Below are positions 35,971 to 47,013 of a stretch of 64,000 bases of DNA, one piece after another (the stretch's first letter is position 1; every line of letters begins with the position of its first letter). A program made the position numbers and the translations under genes. The stretch comes from Candidatus Omnitrophota bacterium (lineage in GTDB: Bacteria > Omnitrophota > Gorgyraeia > Zapsychrales > Fredricksoniimonadaceae): positions 20,106-84,105 of the forward strand of contig JAUSEK010000021.1 of the NCBI GenBank assembly GCA_030650275.1. Direction: 5' to 3'. The notes under the pieces are model-generated. The model worked only from the letters and a program-made list of their open reading frames with translations, did no database searches and was not told where the DNA came from.

Positions 35971-37235
35971 AATAACCTTTTTCTTAAATACTCCAATACT
36001 CCTTCCAACTTCACGTTCTCCTGTGCGCCGCTCGTCATATTTTTAACAGCGATGGCGCCATTTTTCATTTCTTCCTCGCCTAAGATCAACGCGAAACGCG
36101 CGTTCAATTTATTGGCACGGTTCATCTGCGATCCGATCTTGCCTCCACTGTAGCTCATGTCCGCGCTGATGCCGGCATGGCGCAAATCGTTAACGAGCTT
36201 GAATGCCTGTTTCTGCCCCGTCTCATCCATAGTGATCACAAAGGCATCGATGGTGGACGGCACCGGCTGTGTGGCGCCCGATGCCAATAAAATACGATCA
36301 ATGCCCAAGGCAAAACCAATGGCGCTGAAATCTGTTTTGGCATCACCGCCCAGTTCATGCACGAGACCGCCATAGCGGCCGCCGGCGCCGACGGCATCCT
36401 GACTGCCCAGACCATCGGCGGTGATCTCAAAGACCGTGTGCGTATAATAATCCAAACCGCGTACCAAATGCGGCGCAATTTCAAAATCAACACCGACGCT
36501 CTTTAAAGCGTTTTGGACGGATTGGAAATGGTCTTGGCCGGCGTCAGATAACGGCAGTTTTTTGACCACAGAAGCGGCCACTTTACGGCATGCTTCATTC
36601 TTACAGTCCAACACGCGGAACACATTGCGCTCAAAACGATTTTGACATTCTTCGCACAGATCTTTCTTATGTTTTTTCAACTCCCCCCTTAACCAAACAG
36701 AAATGTGTTCTTTGTCTTCTTTTGAACCCAGGGAATTGATCTTAAGTTTTGGGTTCTTGACCCCGAGCGCCTTCAATAAATGCATGGCCAGCGCCAAAAT
36801 TTCCGCATCCAGATGCGGCGAGGCGCTGTTGGGGCCGATGGCCTCCACCCCGATCTGGTGGAACTGGCGCAAGCGGCCTTTTTGCGGACGCTCGCCGCGG
36901 AACATCGGGCCTATGTAAAAAAGTTTTGACAGCGGCTCCTTCTTGTCAAAACTGTTCTCAATATAAGAACGCACCACCGAGGCCGTGCCTTCGGGGCGCA
37001 GCGCGTACCCCTCTTCCTTGCTGGTGGCTAATTCCAAAAGTTGTTTATTGACGATGTCGCTGGCCTGGCCGAGGGAGCGTTTAAAAAGCGCGGTCTCTTC
37101 ATAAATGGGTGTGCGGATCTCGCGGTAACCGTAGGATTTGAGGATCTTGCGGGCTTTGGATTCTACATCTTCCCAGAGAGGAATAACGTCAGGAAGTATA
37201 TCGGAGGTGCCGCGCGGGACAGAAAATTTCTGCAT
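35967..37235 (-). CDS. hisS: Histidyl-tRNA synthetase
   Basis: 422 aa; class II motifs; 4-nt overlap with the aspS start. Confidence 0.9.
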   Translation of the reverse strand: MQKFSVPRGTSDILPDVIPLWEDVESKARKILKSYGYREIRTPIYEETALFKRSLGQASDIVNKQLLELATSKEEGYALRPEGTASVVRSYIENSFDKKEPLSKLFYIGPMFRGERPQKGRLRQFHQIGVEAIGPNSASPHLDAEILALAMHLLKALGVKNPKLKINSLGSKEDKEHISVWLRGELKKHKKDLCEECQNRFERNVFRVLDCKNEACRKVAASVVKKLPLSDAGQDHFQSVQNALKSVGVDFEIAPHLVRGLDYYTHTVFEITADGLGSQDAVGAGGRYGGLVHELGGDAKTDFSAIGFALGIDRILLASGATQPVPSTIDAFVITMDETGQKQAFKLVNDLRHAGISADMSYSGGKIGSQMNRANKLNARFALILGEEEMKNGAIAVKNMTSGAQENVKLEGVLEYLRKRLL

Positions 37236-37239
37236 GCTA

Positions 37240-37512
37240 TTACTTTACTTTTTGCTTCATTTCAAGACCGGACTTGAACACCACGACCTTACGGGGAGGA
37301 ACAGGCACGCTTTGCCCCGTGCGGGGATTGCGGCCGAAACGGGCCTTGCGCTCCTTGATCTTGAACACGCCGAAATTGCGCAGTTCCACTTTTTCGCCGC
37401 GCATAAGCGAATCAACGATGACGTCAAAGGTCTTTTGCACGATCCTTTTGACATCCACCTGCTTGATGCCGGTGGCGTCCGTAATTCTCAAAACAATATC
37501 TTTTTTGGTCAT
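37240..37512 (-). CDS. hup: HU/IHF-family DNA-binding protein
   Basis: 90 aa; ...GFGxFxxxxRxxRxGRNPxTG arm motif (FGVFKIKERKARFGRNPRTGQ). Confidence 0.9.
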   Translation of the reverse strand: MTKKDIVLRITDATGIKQVDVKRIVQKTFDVIVDSLMRGEKVELRNFGVFKIKERKARFGRNPRTGQSVPVPPRKVVVFKSGLEMKQKVK

Positions 37513-37580
37513 TGACCCTCTCCTTGGATTACGTAGAAATTTAACGCAAACATAGTATCAACAAGGACTTACGGTGTCAA

Positions 37581-40500
37581 CTAAATTGTTACGGTAAAGC
37601 GGTCGTCGCCCACCAGGGTCTTGATCTCCTCCATCAAGACCTCGCTGGGGGTGACATGGAGGTCTTTTCCCACCAGGATCTGGACACTTTTATAATTTTT
37701 GGTGTCGATCTGCAGGTACACCGGGGTCTTGCCGGGAAAACGCGCCAATTTTTCTTTCAATTTGTCAAAACCGGCCTTGCCCACCTTGGAGAGGTCCACA
37801 TGGATGCTCTTGATCAGATCATAGACCTCATCGATGCCGGCCATCTCATTGGCCACCATCTTGACCAAACCGTCGCGGAAATTCACCTTGCCCTTGACCA
37901 CAACCACCGATCCCTCTCTGAGATACGGCACCATTTGGGTATAACTTGACGGAAAAACCACCAGCTCCATTTCCCCGTCCATGTCCTCCAAACCGACAAT
38001 GGCCATGCGCTCGTTGGTTTTCTTGGTCGTGGTCAATTTGACGCTTTTGATGAGCCCGATCATGCGCACATCCTGCCCGTCGCGGGCGTTTTTCAAAGAC
38101 CCTGTCGTGAAATCCGCGAACTCACCGATCTCGGCCTTGTACCTTTGCAGGGGATGGCCGCTTAAATAAAAACCCAGCAGCGTTTTTTCATTGGCCAGCA
38201 CCTGGGCCTGGGGCCATTCGGGAATATCGGGTATCTGTTCATCCCGTTTGCCGAAACCGCCGTCCTGGCCTTTGATATCGAAAAACGAGACCTGGCCCAC
38301 ATCCGCCTCCTGCTGGGCCCTCGTGCCGGACTCCAGGGCCCGCTCCAGCACGGCGAATAATTGCGCGCGCCGGCATCCAAAGCAATCCATGCTCCCCGAC
38401 TTGACCAAGCTTTCCACCACCTTGCGGTTGTTCAGCCGCAGATCCACCCGGCGGCAAAAATCAAAAATGGAAACGAACGGTCCGTCTTTCTTGCGCGCAT
38501 GGACCATGGACTCAATGGCACCACCCCCGATATTCTTGACCGCCAAAAGCCCGTAACGGATGGCTTTGTCATTCACGACGGAAAAACGGGCCTCGCTATG
38601 ATTAACGTCGGGCGGCAGGATGCTCAAGCCCATGGCCTGCGTTTCCTTGACGTACTCAACGACCTTGTCCGTGTTGTCGCGCTCGCTGGTCAAAAGCGCG
38701 GCCATGAACTCAACGGGATAATTGGCCTTCAAATACGCCGTGCGGTACGTGATCAACGCGTAGGCCGCGGAATGGCTGCGGTTAAACCCGTAGCCGGAAA
38801 AATAATCAATGAGGTCAAAAAGCCGGTTCGCCTCGTGTTCAGGAATGCCGCTGTTGGCCTTGCATCCCTCGACGAAGAATGAACGCATTTTTTCCATCTC
38901 CGCCGGTATTTTCTTGCCCATGGCCTTGCGCAGATCATCGGCCTGGGCCATGCTGAAGCCGGCCAGAACAGAAGCGATCTGCATGACCTGCTCCTGATAA
39001 ACAATGATGCCGTACGTGGTCTTGAGCAACTCCTGCAGTTTGGGATGGGGATATTTCACCTTCTGGGGATCGCGTTTGCGCTCAATGAAATCATCCAGCA
39101 TGCCTGACCCCATGGGGCCCGGACGGTAAAGCGCCAGGATCGCGATGAGGTCCTCAAATTCCGAGGGCTTCATTTTCTTGAGAAGGTCGCGCATCCCCCC
39201 GCTTTCCAGCTGGAAGATTCCGAAACTGTTGGCCTGGCCCAACATGTCATAGGTTTTGGCATCGTCGAGCGGTAAGGCATCGATATCAATATCCTTGCCC
39301 TTATGTTCCTTGATGAGTTTAACGGCGTCCGCGATGACGGTCAGCGTCCTTAAGCCCAGAAAATCTATTTTCAAAAGCCCCATCTTGGAAATGCCGTCCA
39401 TGTCAAAACCGGTGGTCACCTGGCCGTCCGTGCTCCTGAACATCGGCACATGTTCAGCCAGCGGCCTGTCAGCGATGACCACCCCCGCGGCATGGATGGA
39501 CGCGTGACGATTCAGACCCTCCAGGACCTGGGCCGTGGCCACAAGGTCGCGGGTGGTCTTGTCGGTCGCCACCAGTTCCTTCAACTGCGGTTCAATGTCC
39601 AGCGCCTCATCAATGGTGATGCCGATATTATTGGGGATGAGTTTGGCGATGCGGTCCACGTCGGCGTAACTGACGGCCATGGCCCGGCCCACGTCGCGCA
39701 CCGCGGCCTTTGCCTGCATGGACCCGAAGGTGATGATCTGCGCCACATTGTCGCGGCCGTATTTCTGCGTCACGTAATCAATGACCTCATTGCGCCGCTC
39801 ATAACAAAAATCAATGTCAATGTCCGGCATGCTTTTGCGGCCCGGGTTGAGGAAACGTTCAAAAAGAAGCCCGTATTTGATGGGGTCCAGGTCCGTGATC
39901 CCCAAAAGATAGCTGACCAGACTGCCGGCGGCTGACCCGCGGCCGGGTCCGACCGGGATCCCTTTGCTTTTGGCATAATGGATAAAATCCCAAACGACTA
40001 AAAAATAACTGACGAACCCCATGTCCTCAACGGCCTTCAGTTCAAATTCCAGGCGCGCCGAAAGTTCGCCGGAAACCCTGGCTGTCCCGTAACGGCGCAG
40101 GAGCCCCGCGGCACACAGTTCGCGCAGGTACCCTTCCTTGGTTTTTCCGACGGGGGTCTCGTAACGCGGCAAATGATACTGGTCAAAATCCAGTTTCAGG
40201 TCGACCTTTTCGGCGATGGCCAGGGTATTTTTGACGGCATCGGGCACGGCGGCGAACTGGAGCTCCATGTCATCGGCGGATTTAAAATAAAACTGGTCAC
40301 TGCCGAATTTCATGCGCCGGGGGTCATCCAGCGTTGTCTGCGTTTGTATGCACAACAACGCCTCATGCGCGTGACTTTGGTCATGCTCCAGATAATGCAC
40401 GTCATTGGTCGCGACCAGCGGCAGACCCAGCCGGGCCGCGATCTTGATCAGCCCCTCATTGACTTTTTTCTGCTCGAGGAGACCGTGGTCCATCAATTCA

Positions 40501-41018
40501 ATGTAAAAATTGCCCTGGCCGAAGATCTGGTTCAAATCGTCAGCGGCTTTCACAGCGGCGTCATAGTTGCCCTTAAGCAAATGACCGGGCACTTCCCCTC
40601 TCAAACAGGCGGACGTGGCGATGAGGCCTTTGGCGTATTGGGACAAAAGGTCGTGGTCTAAACGGGGGCGATAATAAAAACCTTCCAGGTATCCGGCGGA
40701 GACGAGTTTGACGAGGTTGGCGTAGCCCTGGGCGTCTTTGACCAAAAGGACGAGGTGGGACAGGTTTCTCTGGTCGGGATTCTTGTCAAAACGACTATGG
40801 GGGGCGACATAGGCCTCACAGCCGATGATGGGCTTGATCCCGGCTTTTTTGGCGGCCTGGTAGAAATGCACGGCACCGAACATATTGCCGTGGTCGGTCA
40901 TGCCCAAGGCCGGCATCCCTAAGCGGACTGCCTTTTGGACCAATTCATCAACGCGGCAGGCACCGTCGAGCAAACTGTATTGGGTGTGGACGTGGAGATG
41001 AACGAATTGGGATGACAT
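37581..41018 (-). CDS. dnaE: DNA polymerase III alpha subunit
   Basis: 1145 aa; N-terminal PHP domain (HLHVHTQYSLLDGA); polymerase core; OB fold. Confidence 0.95.
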   Translation of the reverse strand: MSSQFVHLHVHTQYSLLDGACRVDELVQKAVRLGMPALGMTDHGNMFGAVHFYQAAKKAGIKPIIGCEAYVAPHSRFDKNPDQRNLSHLVLLVKDAQGYANLVKLVSAGYLEGFYYRPRLDHDLLSQYAKGLIATSACLRGEVPGHLLKGNYDAAVKAADDLNQIFGQGNFYIELMDHGLLEQKKVNEGLIKIAARLGLPLVATNDVHYLEHDQSHAHEALLCIQTQTTLDDPRRMKFGSDQFYFKSADDMELQFAAVPDAVKNTLAIAEKVDLKLDFDQYHLPRYETPVGKTKEGYLRELCAAGLLRRYGTARVSGELSARLEFELKAVEDMGFVSYFLVVWDFIHYAKSKGIPVGPGRGSAAGSLVSYLLGITDLDPIKYGLLFERFLNPGRKSMPDIDIDFCYERRNEVIDYVTQKYGRDNVAQIITFGSMQAKAAVRDVGRAMAVSYADVDRIAKLIPNNIGITIDEALDIEPQLKELVATDKTTRDLVATAQVLEGLNRHASIHAAGVVIADRPLAEHVPMFRSTDGQVTTGFDMDGISKMGLLKIDFLGLRTLTVIADAVKLIKEHKGKDIDIDALPLDDAKTYDMLGQANSFGIFQLESGGMRDLLKKMKPSEFEDLIAILALYRPGPMGSGMLDDFIERKRDPQKVKYPHPKLQELLKTTYGIIVYQEQVMQIASVLAGFSMAQADDLRKAMGKKIPAEMEKMRSFFVEGCKANSGIPEHEANRLFDLIDYFSGYGFNRSHSAAYALITYRTAYLKANYPVEFMAALLTSERDNTDKVVEYVKETQAMGLSILPPDVNHSEARFSVVNDKAIRYGLLAVKNIGGGAIESMVHARKKDGPFVSIFDFCRRVDLRLNNRKVVESLVKSGSMDCFGCRRAQLFAVLERALESGTRAQQEADVGQVSFFDIKGQDGGFGKRDEQIPDIPEWPQAQVLANEKTLLGFYLSGHPLQRYKAEIGEFADFTTGSLKNARDGQDVRMIGLIKSVKLTTTKKTNERMAIVGLEDMDGEMELVVFPSSYTQMVPYLREGSVVVVKGKVNFRDGLVKMVANEMAGIDEVYDLIKSIHVDLSKVGKAGFDKLKEKLARFPGKTPVYLQIDTKNYKSVQILVGKDLHVTPSEVLMEEIKTLVGDDRFTVTI

Positions 41019-41021
41019 ACT

Positions 41022-41092
41022 GAATTATAGGGACACAATACTTAATTCAACAATAGATAATAACAGGAATTAAGTTTTGTGTCCCCATAATT
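41022..41092. repeat. Foldback inverted-repeat element copy 2 (same 27-bp arms, different 18-nt loop)
   Basis: Fills the whole guaA-dnaE intergenic space: 2 nt after the guaA stop, 3 nt before the dnaE ATG. Confidence 0.85.
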
Positions 41093-41093
41093 C

Positions 41094-42839
41094 TTATTCC
41101 CATTCAATGGTCGCGGGTGGTTTGGAGCTGATGTCATACACGACGCGGTTAACGCCCTTGACTTCATTGATGATGCGGTTGGAAATTTTTCCCAGGATAT
41201 CGTGGGGCAAATGCGCCCAATCCGCGGTCATGCCGTCCTGGCTCGTGACGCAGCGCAGGGCAATGACATTCTCGTAGGTGCGCGCATCCCCCATGACCCC
41301 CACGGTCTTGATGGGCAAAAGCACGGCAAAGGACTGCCACAGGTCGTGGTAAAGGTTGGCTTTCTTGATCTCGTCCATGACCCGCTCATCCGCCTCTCTT
41401 AAGATCTCCAAGCGCTCCTTGGTGACCTCGCCGATAACACGGATGGCGAGACCCGGCCCGGGGAACGGCTGGCGTTTGAGAATGGAATCAGGCATGTTGA
41501 GGCTCTTGCCGATGAGACGCACTTCATCCTTGAACAATTCACGCAAGGGCTCGACGAGTTTGAACTTCATGTCCTTGGGCAGACCGCCGACATTGTGATG
41601 GCTCTTGATGACCGCGGAAGGCCCGCCGGTGGCGGACACGGACTCAATGACATCCGGATAAAGCGTGCCCTGGCCCAGAAATTCCGCGCCCTTGATCTTT
41701 TTGGCCGCGTCCTGGAAAACACGCACGAATTCGTCGCCGATGGTCTTGCGCTTGGCTTCCGGGTCTTCAACGCCTTTGAGGCGCTCAAGAAACCTCTTTT
41801 CCGCGTCGATCACGGTCAGGTTCATCTTGAAATGGCCCTTGAACGTGCGCTGGACAGAAGCCGATTCATTTTTGCGCAAAAGCCCGTTGTCCACAAAAAT
41901 ACAATAAAGTTTTGTGCCGATGGCTTTCTGGAGCAAAACAGCGGCGACGGACGAATCCACCCCGCCGCTCAAGCCCAGGACCACCCTCTTATTGCCGACG
42001 AGCTCCTTGATCTGTTTGACCGAGACGTCAATGAACCGGTCCATGGTCCAGCGGGGCAGGCATCCGCAAATGGTATAGGCAAAATTCTGCAGGACCTGGA
42101 TGCCGCGCTGGGTGTGCACGACTTCCGGGTGGAACTGGACGCCGAAGATCTTCCTCGTCCGGTTGCCGATGGCCGCGTTGGCGGAATTCAACGTATGCGC
42201 GATGCGGACAAAACCCGGAGGAGGCGCCGCGATCTCATCGCCATGGCTCATCCAGCACGTCAAATTCGTGGAAAGGTTCCCGAACAGGTCCTTGTTGCTG
42301 TCAATGAACAATTCGGCCCGGCCGTATTCGCGGCCCTTGGCTTTGGCGACCTTACCTCCCAGGACATGCGTGATGACCTGCATGCCGTAACAAACACCCA
42401 GGATGGGAATACCGAGTTTAAAGATATCTTTGTTGGGCAGCGGAGCTTTGGCGTCGTAAACGCTTTGCGGCCCGCCGGAGAGGATGATCCCTTTGGGGGC
42501 GATCTCTTTGATCTTATCGGGGGAAATGTCATACGGAACGATCTGGCTGAAAACCTTGCTTTCGCGCACGCGCCGGGCGATCAACTGGGTGTATTGGGAC
42601 CCGAAATCAAAAATGAGGAGGATGTCGCGGCTTTTCTGCTTTCTCACCTCCATCGGTATGATCTTCGCCGAGGAGCGCAATTTGATGGGCTTCATGAGCC
42701 CATGCACCGCTTTCTTTTTGACGACCTTCCTCTGAACAACCCTTCTAATCTTCTTGTGTATGATCTTCTTATGCACAATTTTCTTGTGCACAGTTTTCTT
42801 GTGCGCAGGTTTCTTATGAACGGCCTTTTTCTTAATCAT
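41094..42839 (-). CDS. guaA: GMP synthase (glutamine-hydrolysing), possibly with a 62-aa lysine/histidine-rich repeat N-terminal extension
   Basis: Canonical GuaA begins at [31 protein letters not shown] (alternative start 42653); the in-frame upstream extension [30 protein letters not shown]... starts with an ATGA overlap on the guaB stop. Confidence 0.85.
   Translation of the reverse strand: MIKKKAVHKKPAHKKTVHKKIVHKKIIHKKIRRVVQRKVVKKKAVHGLMKPIKLRSSAKIIPMEVRKQKSRDILLIFDFGSQYTQLIARRVRESKVFSQIVPYDISPDKIKEIAPKGIILSGGPQSVYDAKAPLPNKDIFKLGIPILGVCYGMQVITHVLGGKVAKAKGREYGRAELFIDSNKDLFGNLSTNLTCWMSHGDEIAAPPPGFVRIAHTLNSANAAIGNRTRKIFGVQFHPEVVHTQRGIQVLQNFAYTICGCLPRWTMDRFIDVSVKQIKELVGNKRVVLGLSGGVDSSVAAVLLQKAIGTKLYCIFVDNGLLRKNESASVQRTFKGHFKMNLTVIDAEKRFLERLKGVEDPEAKRKTIGDEFVRVFQDAAKKIKGAEFLGQGTLYPDVIESVSATGGPSAVIKSHHNVGGLPKDMKFKLVEPLRELFKDEVRLIGKSLNMPDSILKRQPFPGPGLAIRVIGEVTKERLEILREADERVMDEIKKANLYHDLWQSFAVLLPIKTVGVMGDARTYENVIALRCVTSQDGMTADWAHLPHDILGKISNRIINEVKGVNRVVYDISSKPPATIEWE
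42750..42824 (-). repeat. Five tandem 15-bp repeats encoding (V/A/I)-H-K-K-x pentapeptides at the 5' end of the guaA reading frame
   Basis: GTTCATAAGAAACCT / GCGCACAAGAAAACT / GTGCACAAGAAAATT / GTGCATAAGAAGATC / ATACACAAGAAGATT. Confidence 0.8.
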
Positions 42840-44005
42840 TTGCCCATCCCTACACGTTGTCCAACCTGGAATACCTTGCCTTCGGTCTGTATGGACCCGG
42901 CGATGATGATCTCGACGTCGTGCATCTCTTTGATACTGGAAGCGCCCAATGACCCCATGGAGGTCTTCAAAGCGCCCAAAAGGTTTTGCGAACCGTCGTC
43001 CACGCGCGCGGGGCCCACGAGAATTTCTTTAAGCGAACCGCTGGTGCCGACCTTGATGCGCGTGCCGCGCGGCAGATTGGCGTGGGAGGTGGCCATGCCC
43101 CAATGATAACCCCTGCCCGGCGCTTCTTCGGCTTTGGCGAACGCGGAGCCGACCATGACCGCATCCGACCCGGCCGCGAAGGCCTTGCAGATCTCCCCTC
43201 CGATGCGCATACCGCCGTCGGTGATGATGGGGACGTATTTGCCTTTGCGCTTGAAATAATAATCGCGCGCCGCCGCGGTGTCCACGGTGGTCGTGATCTG
43301 CGGAACGCCGATCCCCAAAACCCCGCGGGTCGTGCACGCCGCGCCCGGGCCGATGCCGACCAAAAGCCCGTCGGCGCCGATCTCCATCAGTTCCAGGGCC
43401 ATCTCATAGGTGACGCAATTGCCGATGATGACCGGGATCTTGGATCCCTTACAAAATTGCTCAATATCTAAGACCTTGTATTCCGTGGAAATGTGACGCA
43501 CCGTGGCCACGGTGCTTTGCATGACGAAAATGTCCGCCCCGGCCTCGATGGCGATCTTCGCAAAACGTTCGGCGTTCTGCGGAATGCAGCTGACCACCGC
43601 CGGAACTTTATGTTTTTTGATCTCCGCGACGCGTTTGGCGATCAGCGTGTCCTGAACAGGATTGGCCTTGGCCTCATAAATGGTCTGCACCAGCTTGGTG
43701 GCTTCGTCCGGTGTAGCTTTGGCGATCTGGTCTAAAACCTCTTTCGGATTTTCATAACGGGTCTGGATGCCGTCTAAGTTCAGGACAGCGATGCCGCCCA
43801 ATTGACCCATGGCCACCGCGAATTTGACATCCACCACCCCGTCCATGGCCGCGGCCAGGATAGGGACCTGGAATTTATGCTTGCCGATGACCCAGCTGGT
43901 GTCCACCTCATTGGGGTTGACCGTCACCGATCCGGGAGCCAGGGCCACTTCGTCAAAGCCATAACACCTGCGCGCCCTGCGCCCAATGCCGATCCAATCA
44001 GCCAT
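42836..44005 (-). CDS. guaB: IMP dehydrogenase family protein lacking the CBS (Bateman) subdomain
   Basis: 389 aa; catalytic loop [11 protein letters not shown] with Cys; no CBS pair between the barrel halves. Confidence 0.8.
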   Translation of the reverse strand: MADWIGIGRRARRCYGFDEVALAPGSVTVNPNEVDTSWVIGKHKFQVPILAAAMDGVVDVKFAVAMGQLGGIAVLNLDGIQTRYENPKEVLDQIAKATPDEATKLVQTIYEAKANPVQDTLIAKRVAEIKKHKVPAVVSCIPQNAERFAKIAIEAGADIFVMQSTVATVRHISTEYKVLDIEQFCKGSKIPVIIGNCVTYEMALELMEIGADGLLVGIGPGAACTTRGVLGIGVPQITTTVDTAAARDYYFKRKGKYVPIITDGGMRIGGEICKAFAAGSDAVMVGSAFAKAEEAPGRGYHWGMATSHANLPRGTRIKVGTSGSLKEILVGPARVDDGSQNLLGALKTSMGSLGASSIKEMHDVEIIIAGSIQTEGKVFQVGQRVGMGK

Positions 44006-44120
44006 TGTGCAACCTCCGTATTTTCAATGGGATACAGACAAACAGAAAAAAATTAAACGTTCTTTTGAAAGGTTTTTAAGGGCTGATTATATAGATAAAG
44101 GGATAAAAAGTCAACGAATA

Positions 44121-44152
44121 AAAAAGGGGACACCATAAAGTGTCCCCTTTTT
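44121..44152 (-). terminator. Rho-independent terminator downstream of groEL (bidirectional: A5-ggggacac-cataaa-gtgtcccc-T5)
   Basis: 8-bp GC-rich stem, 6-nt loop, flanking A and T runs. Confidence 0.8.
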
Positions 44153-44181
44153 ATTATTAAAACTTATCTGATCACTTTCTT

Positions 44182-45846
<1,665 letters not shown>

Positions 45847-45853
45847 TTAGAAT

Positions 45854-46144
45854 TTATTTTACGATCGCAAAAATATCTTCTTCCTTCATGATCAACAATT
45901 CTTCGCCGTCCTTGGTCGTGATCTCGGTGCCGCTGTATTTGCCATACAAAACGCGGTCGCCCACCTTGACTTCCGGCTTGCGGACTTCTCCGCTGTCTAA
46001 AATTTTGCCTTTGCCCACCGCAACGATTTTGCCTTCCTGGGGTTTTTCCTTGGCCGTATCCGGCAGGACAATGCCGCCCTTGGTGACTTCCTGGGCTTCC
46101 AAGGCCTTGACCACAATACGGTCTGCTAACGGTTGAATCGCCAT
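45854..46144 (-). CDS. groS: Co-chaperonin GroES
   Basis: 96 aa; typical GroES; AGGAG SD. Confidence 0.95.
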   Translation of the reverse strand: MAIQPLADRIVVKALEAQEVTKGGIVLPDTAKEKPQEGKIVAVGKGKILDSGEVRKPEVKVGDRVLYGKYSGTEITTKDGEELLIMKEEDIFAIVK

Positions 46145-46182
46145 AAACTCCTCCTTAATTAGTTAATTCAGAAATTTTCTGC

Positions 46183-46209
46183 TTAGCACTAATTATCGCA
46201 GAGTGCTAA
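46183..46209 (-). promoter_or_regulatory. CIRCE operator (HrcA binding site) TTAGCACTA-N9-GAGTGCTAA upstream of groES, overlapping a sigma70-like promoter (TTGACA-16-TATATT at ~46208-46236)
   Basis: Perfect 9-N9-9 CIRCE inverted repeat with one arm mismatch; -35/-10 hexamers located just 5' of it on the minus strand. Confidence 0.85.
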
Positions 46210-46242
46210 TATACCTAAATCAAAAATTTTGTCAAGAAATTT

Positions 46243-47013
46243 TTAAGGCGAGACCAACAAAGCCATCCCTTTGAAGACCAAATTCTCATCGATAATGCGG
46301 ATCTTTGGGGAGACAAATTTTTTCATGAGACGGGTGTGGCCGCCGGTCATGACCACATGAGGGCGAGGCGACCTCGCCCCTACACGCCGGCTCAACAGAT
46401 CAACCATCCCCTGGCACAAAGCGCCATAACCGTAAAAAAGGCCGCTCAAGATGCTTTCTTCGGTGGTTTTCCCTATAATGTTCCCGGGCGCCTTAAGGAC
46501 GATTTTAGGCAAAAGCGCGGTCTTTAAGAACAAAGATTCAGCCGATAAACGCAGGCCCGGCACAATGGCCCCTCCCAAATACTCTCCCCTGGCTGAAACC
46601 ACGTCAAAGGTAATGGCTGTCCCCAGATCAATGACGATCAGCGGCTTACCATATAAACGTAAAGCCGCGTAAGCGCCGACCAAACGGTCCTGGCCTACCT
46701 GTTTGGGATTTTTATACCGGTTTTTAATGGGAACGATCACGTCACGTCCCACCACTTCTGGTTCAAAACCCATTGATTTGACTATAGTTCGCTCCACAAC
46801 TGTCAATATTTTCGGAACAACGCTGCAGAGGATCCCCTTGTTGAGAATATAGCCCTTTTTACGGAAAATCGCCAAGGCCTTGTTTAAACGCAAAACCAAA
46901 ACCCTTGGGTTCCCGCCTGACGGCGGGGTGTCCATGCGTTGGACTGTCTTGACCTTCCCTTTGTGGACTGCGGCCAAAGCAATGGTCGTATTGCCGATAT
47001 CAATGGCTAAAAG
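46243..47013 (-). CDS. coaX: Type III pantothenate kinase
   Basis: LLAIDIGNTTIALA N-terminal actin-fold motif; the track ORF is extended ~70 codons upstream into uvrB; AAGGAG SD supports a start near 47013. Confidence 0.85.
   Translation of the reverse strand, partial: LLAIDIGNTTIALAAVHKGKVKTVQRMDTPPSGGNPRVLVLRLNKALAIFRKKGYILNKGILCSVVPKILTVVERTIVKSMGFEPEVVGRDVIVPIKNRYKNPKQVGQDRLVGAYAALRLYGKPLIVIDLGTAITFDVVSARGEYLGGAIVPGLRLSAESLFLKTALLPKIVLKAPGNIIGKTTEESILSGLFYGYGALCQGMVDLLSRRVGARSPRPHVVMTGGHTRLMKKFVSPKIRIIDENLVFKGMALLVSP

Noticed and set aside
41595-43106. 503-aa plus-strand ORF
   Set aside because: Antisense to guaA/guaB, which have unmistakable motifs; no start context.
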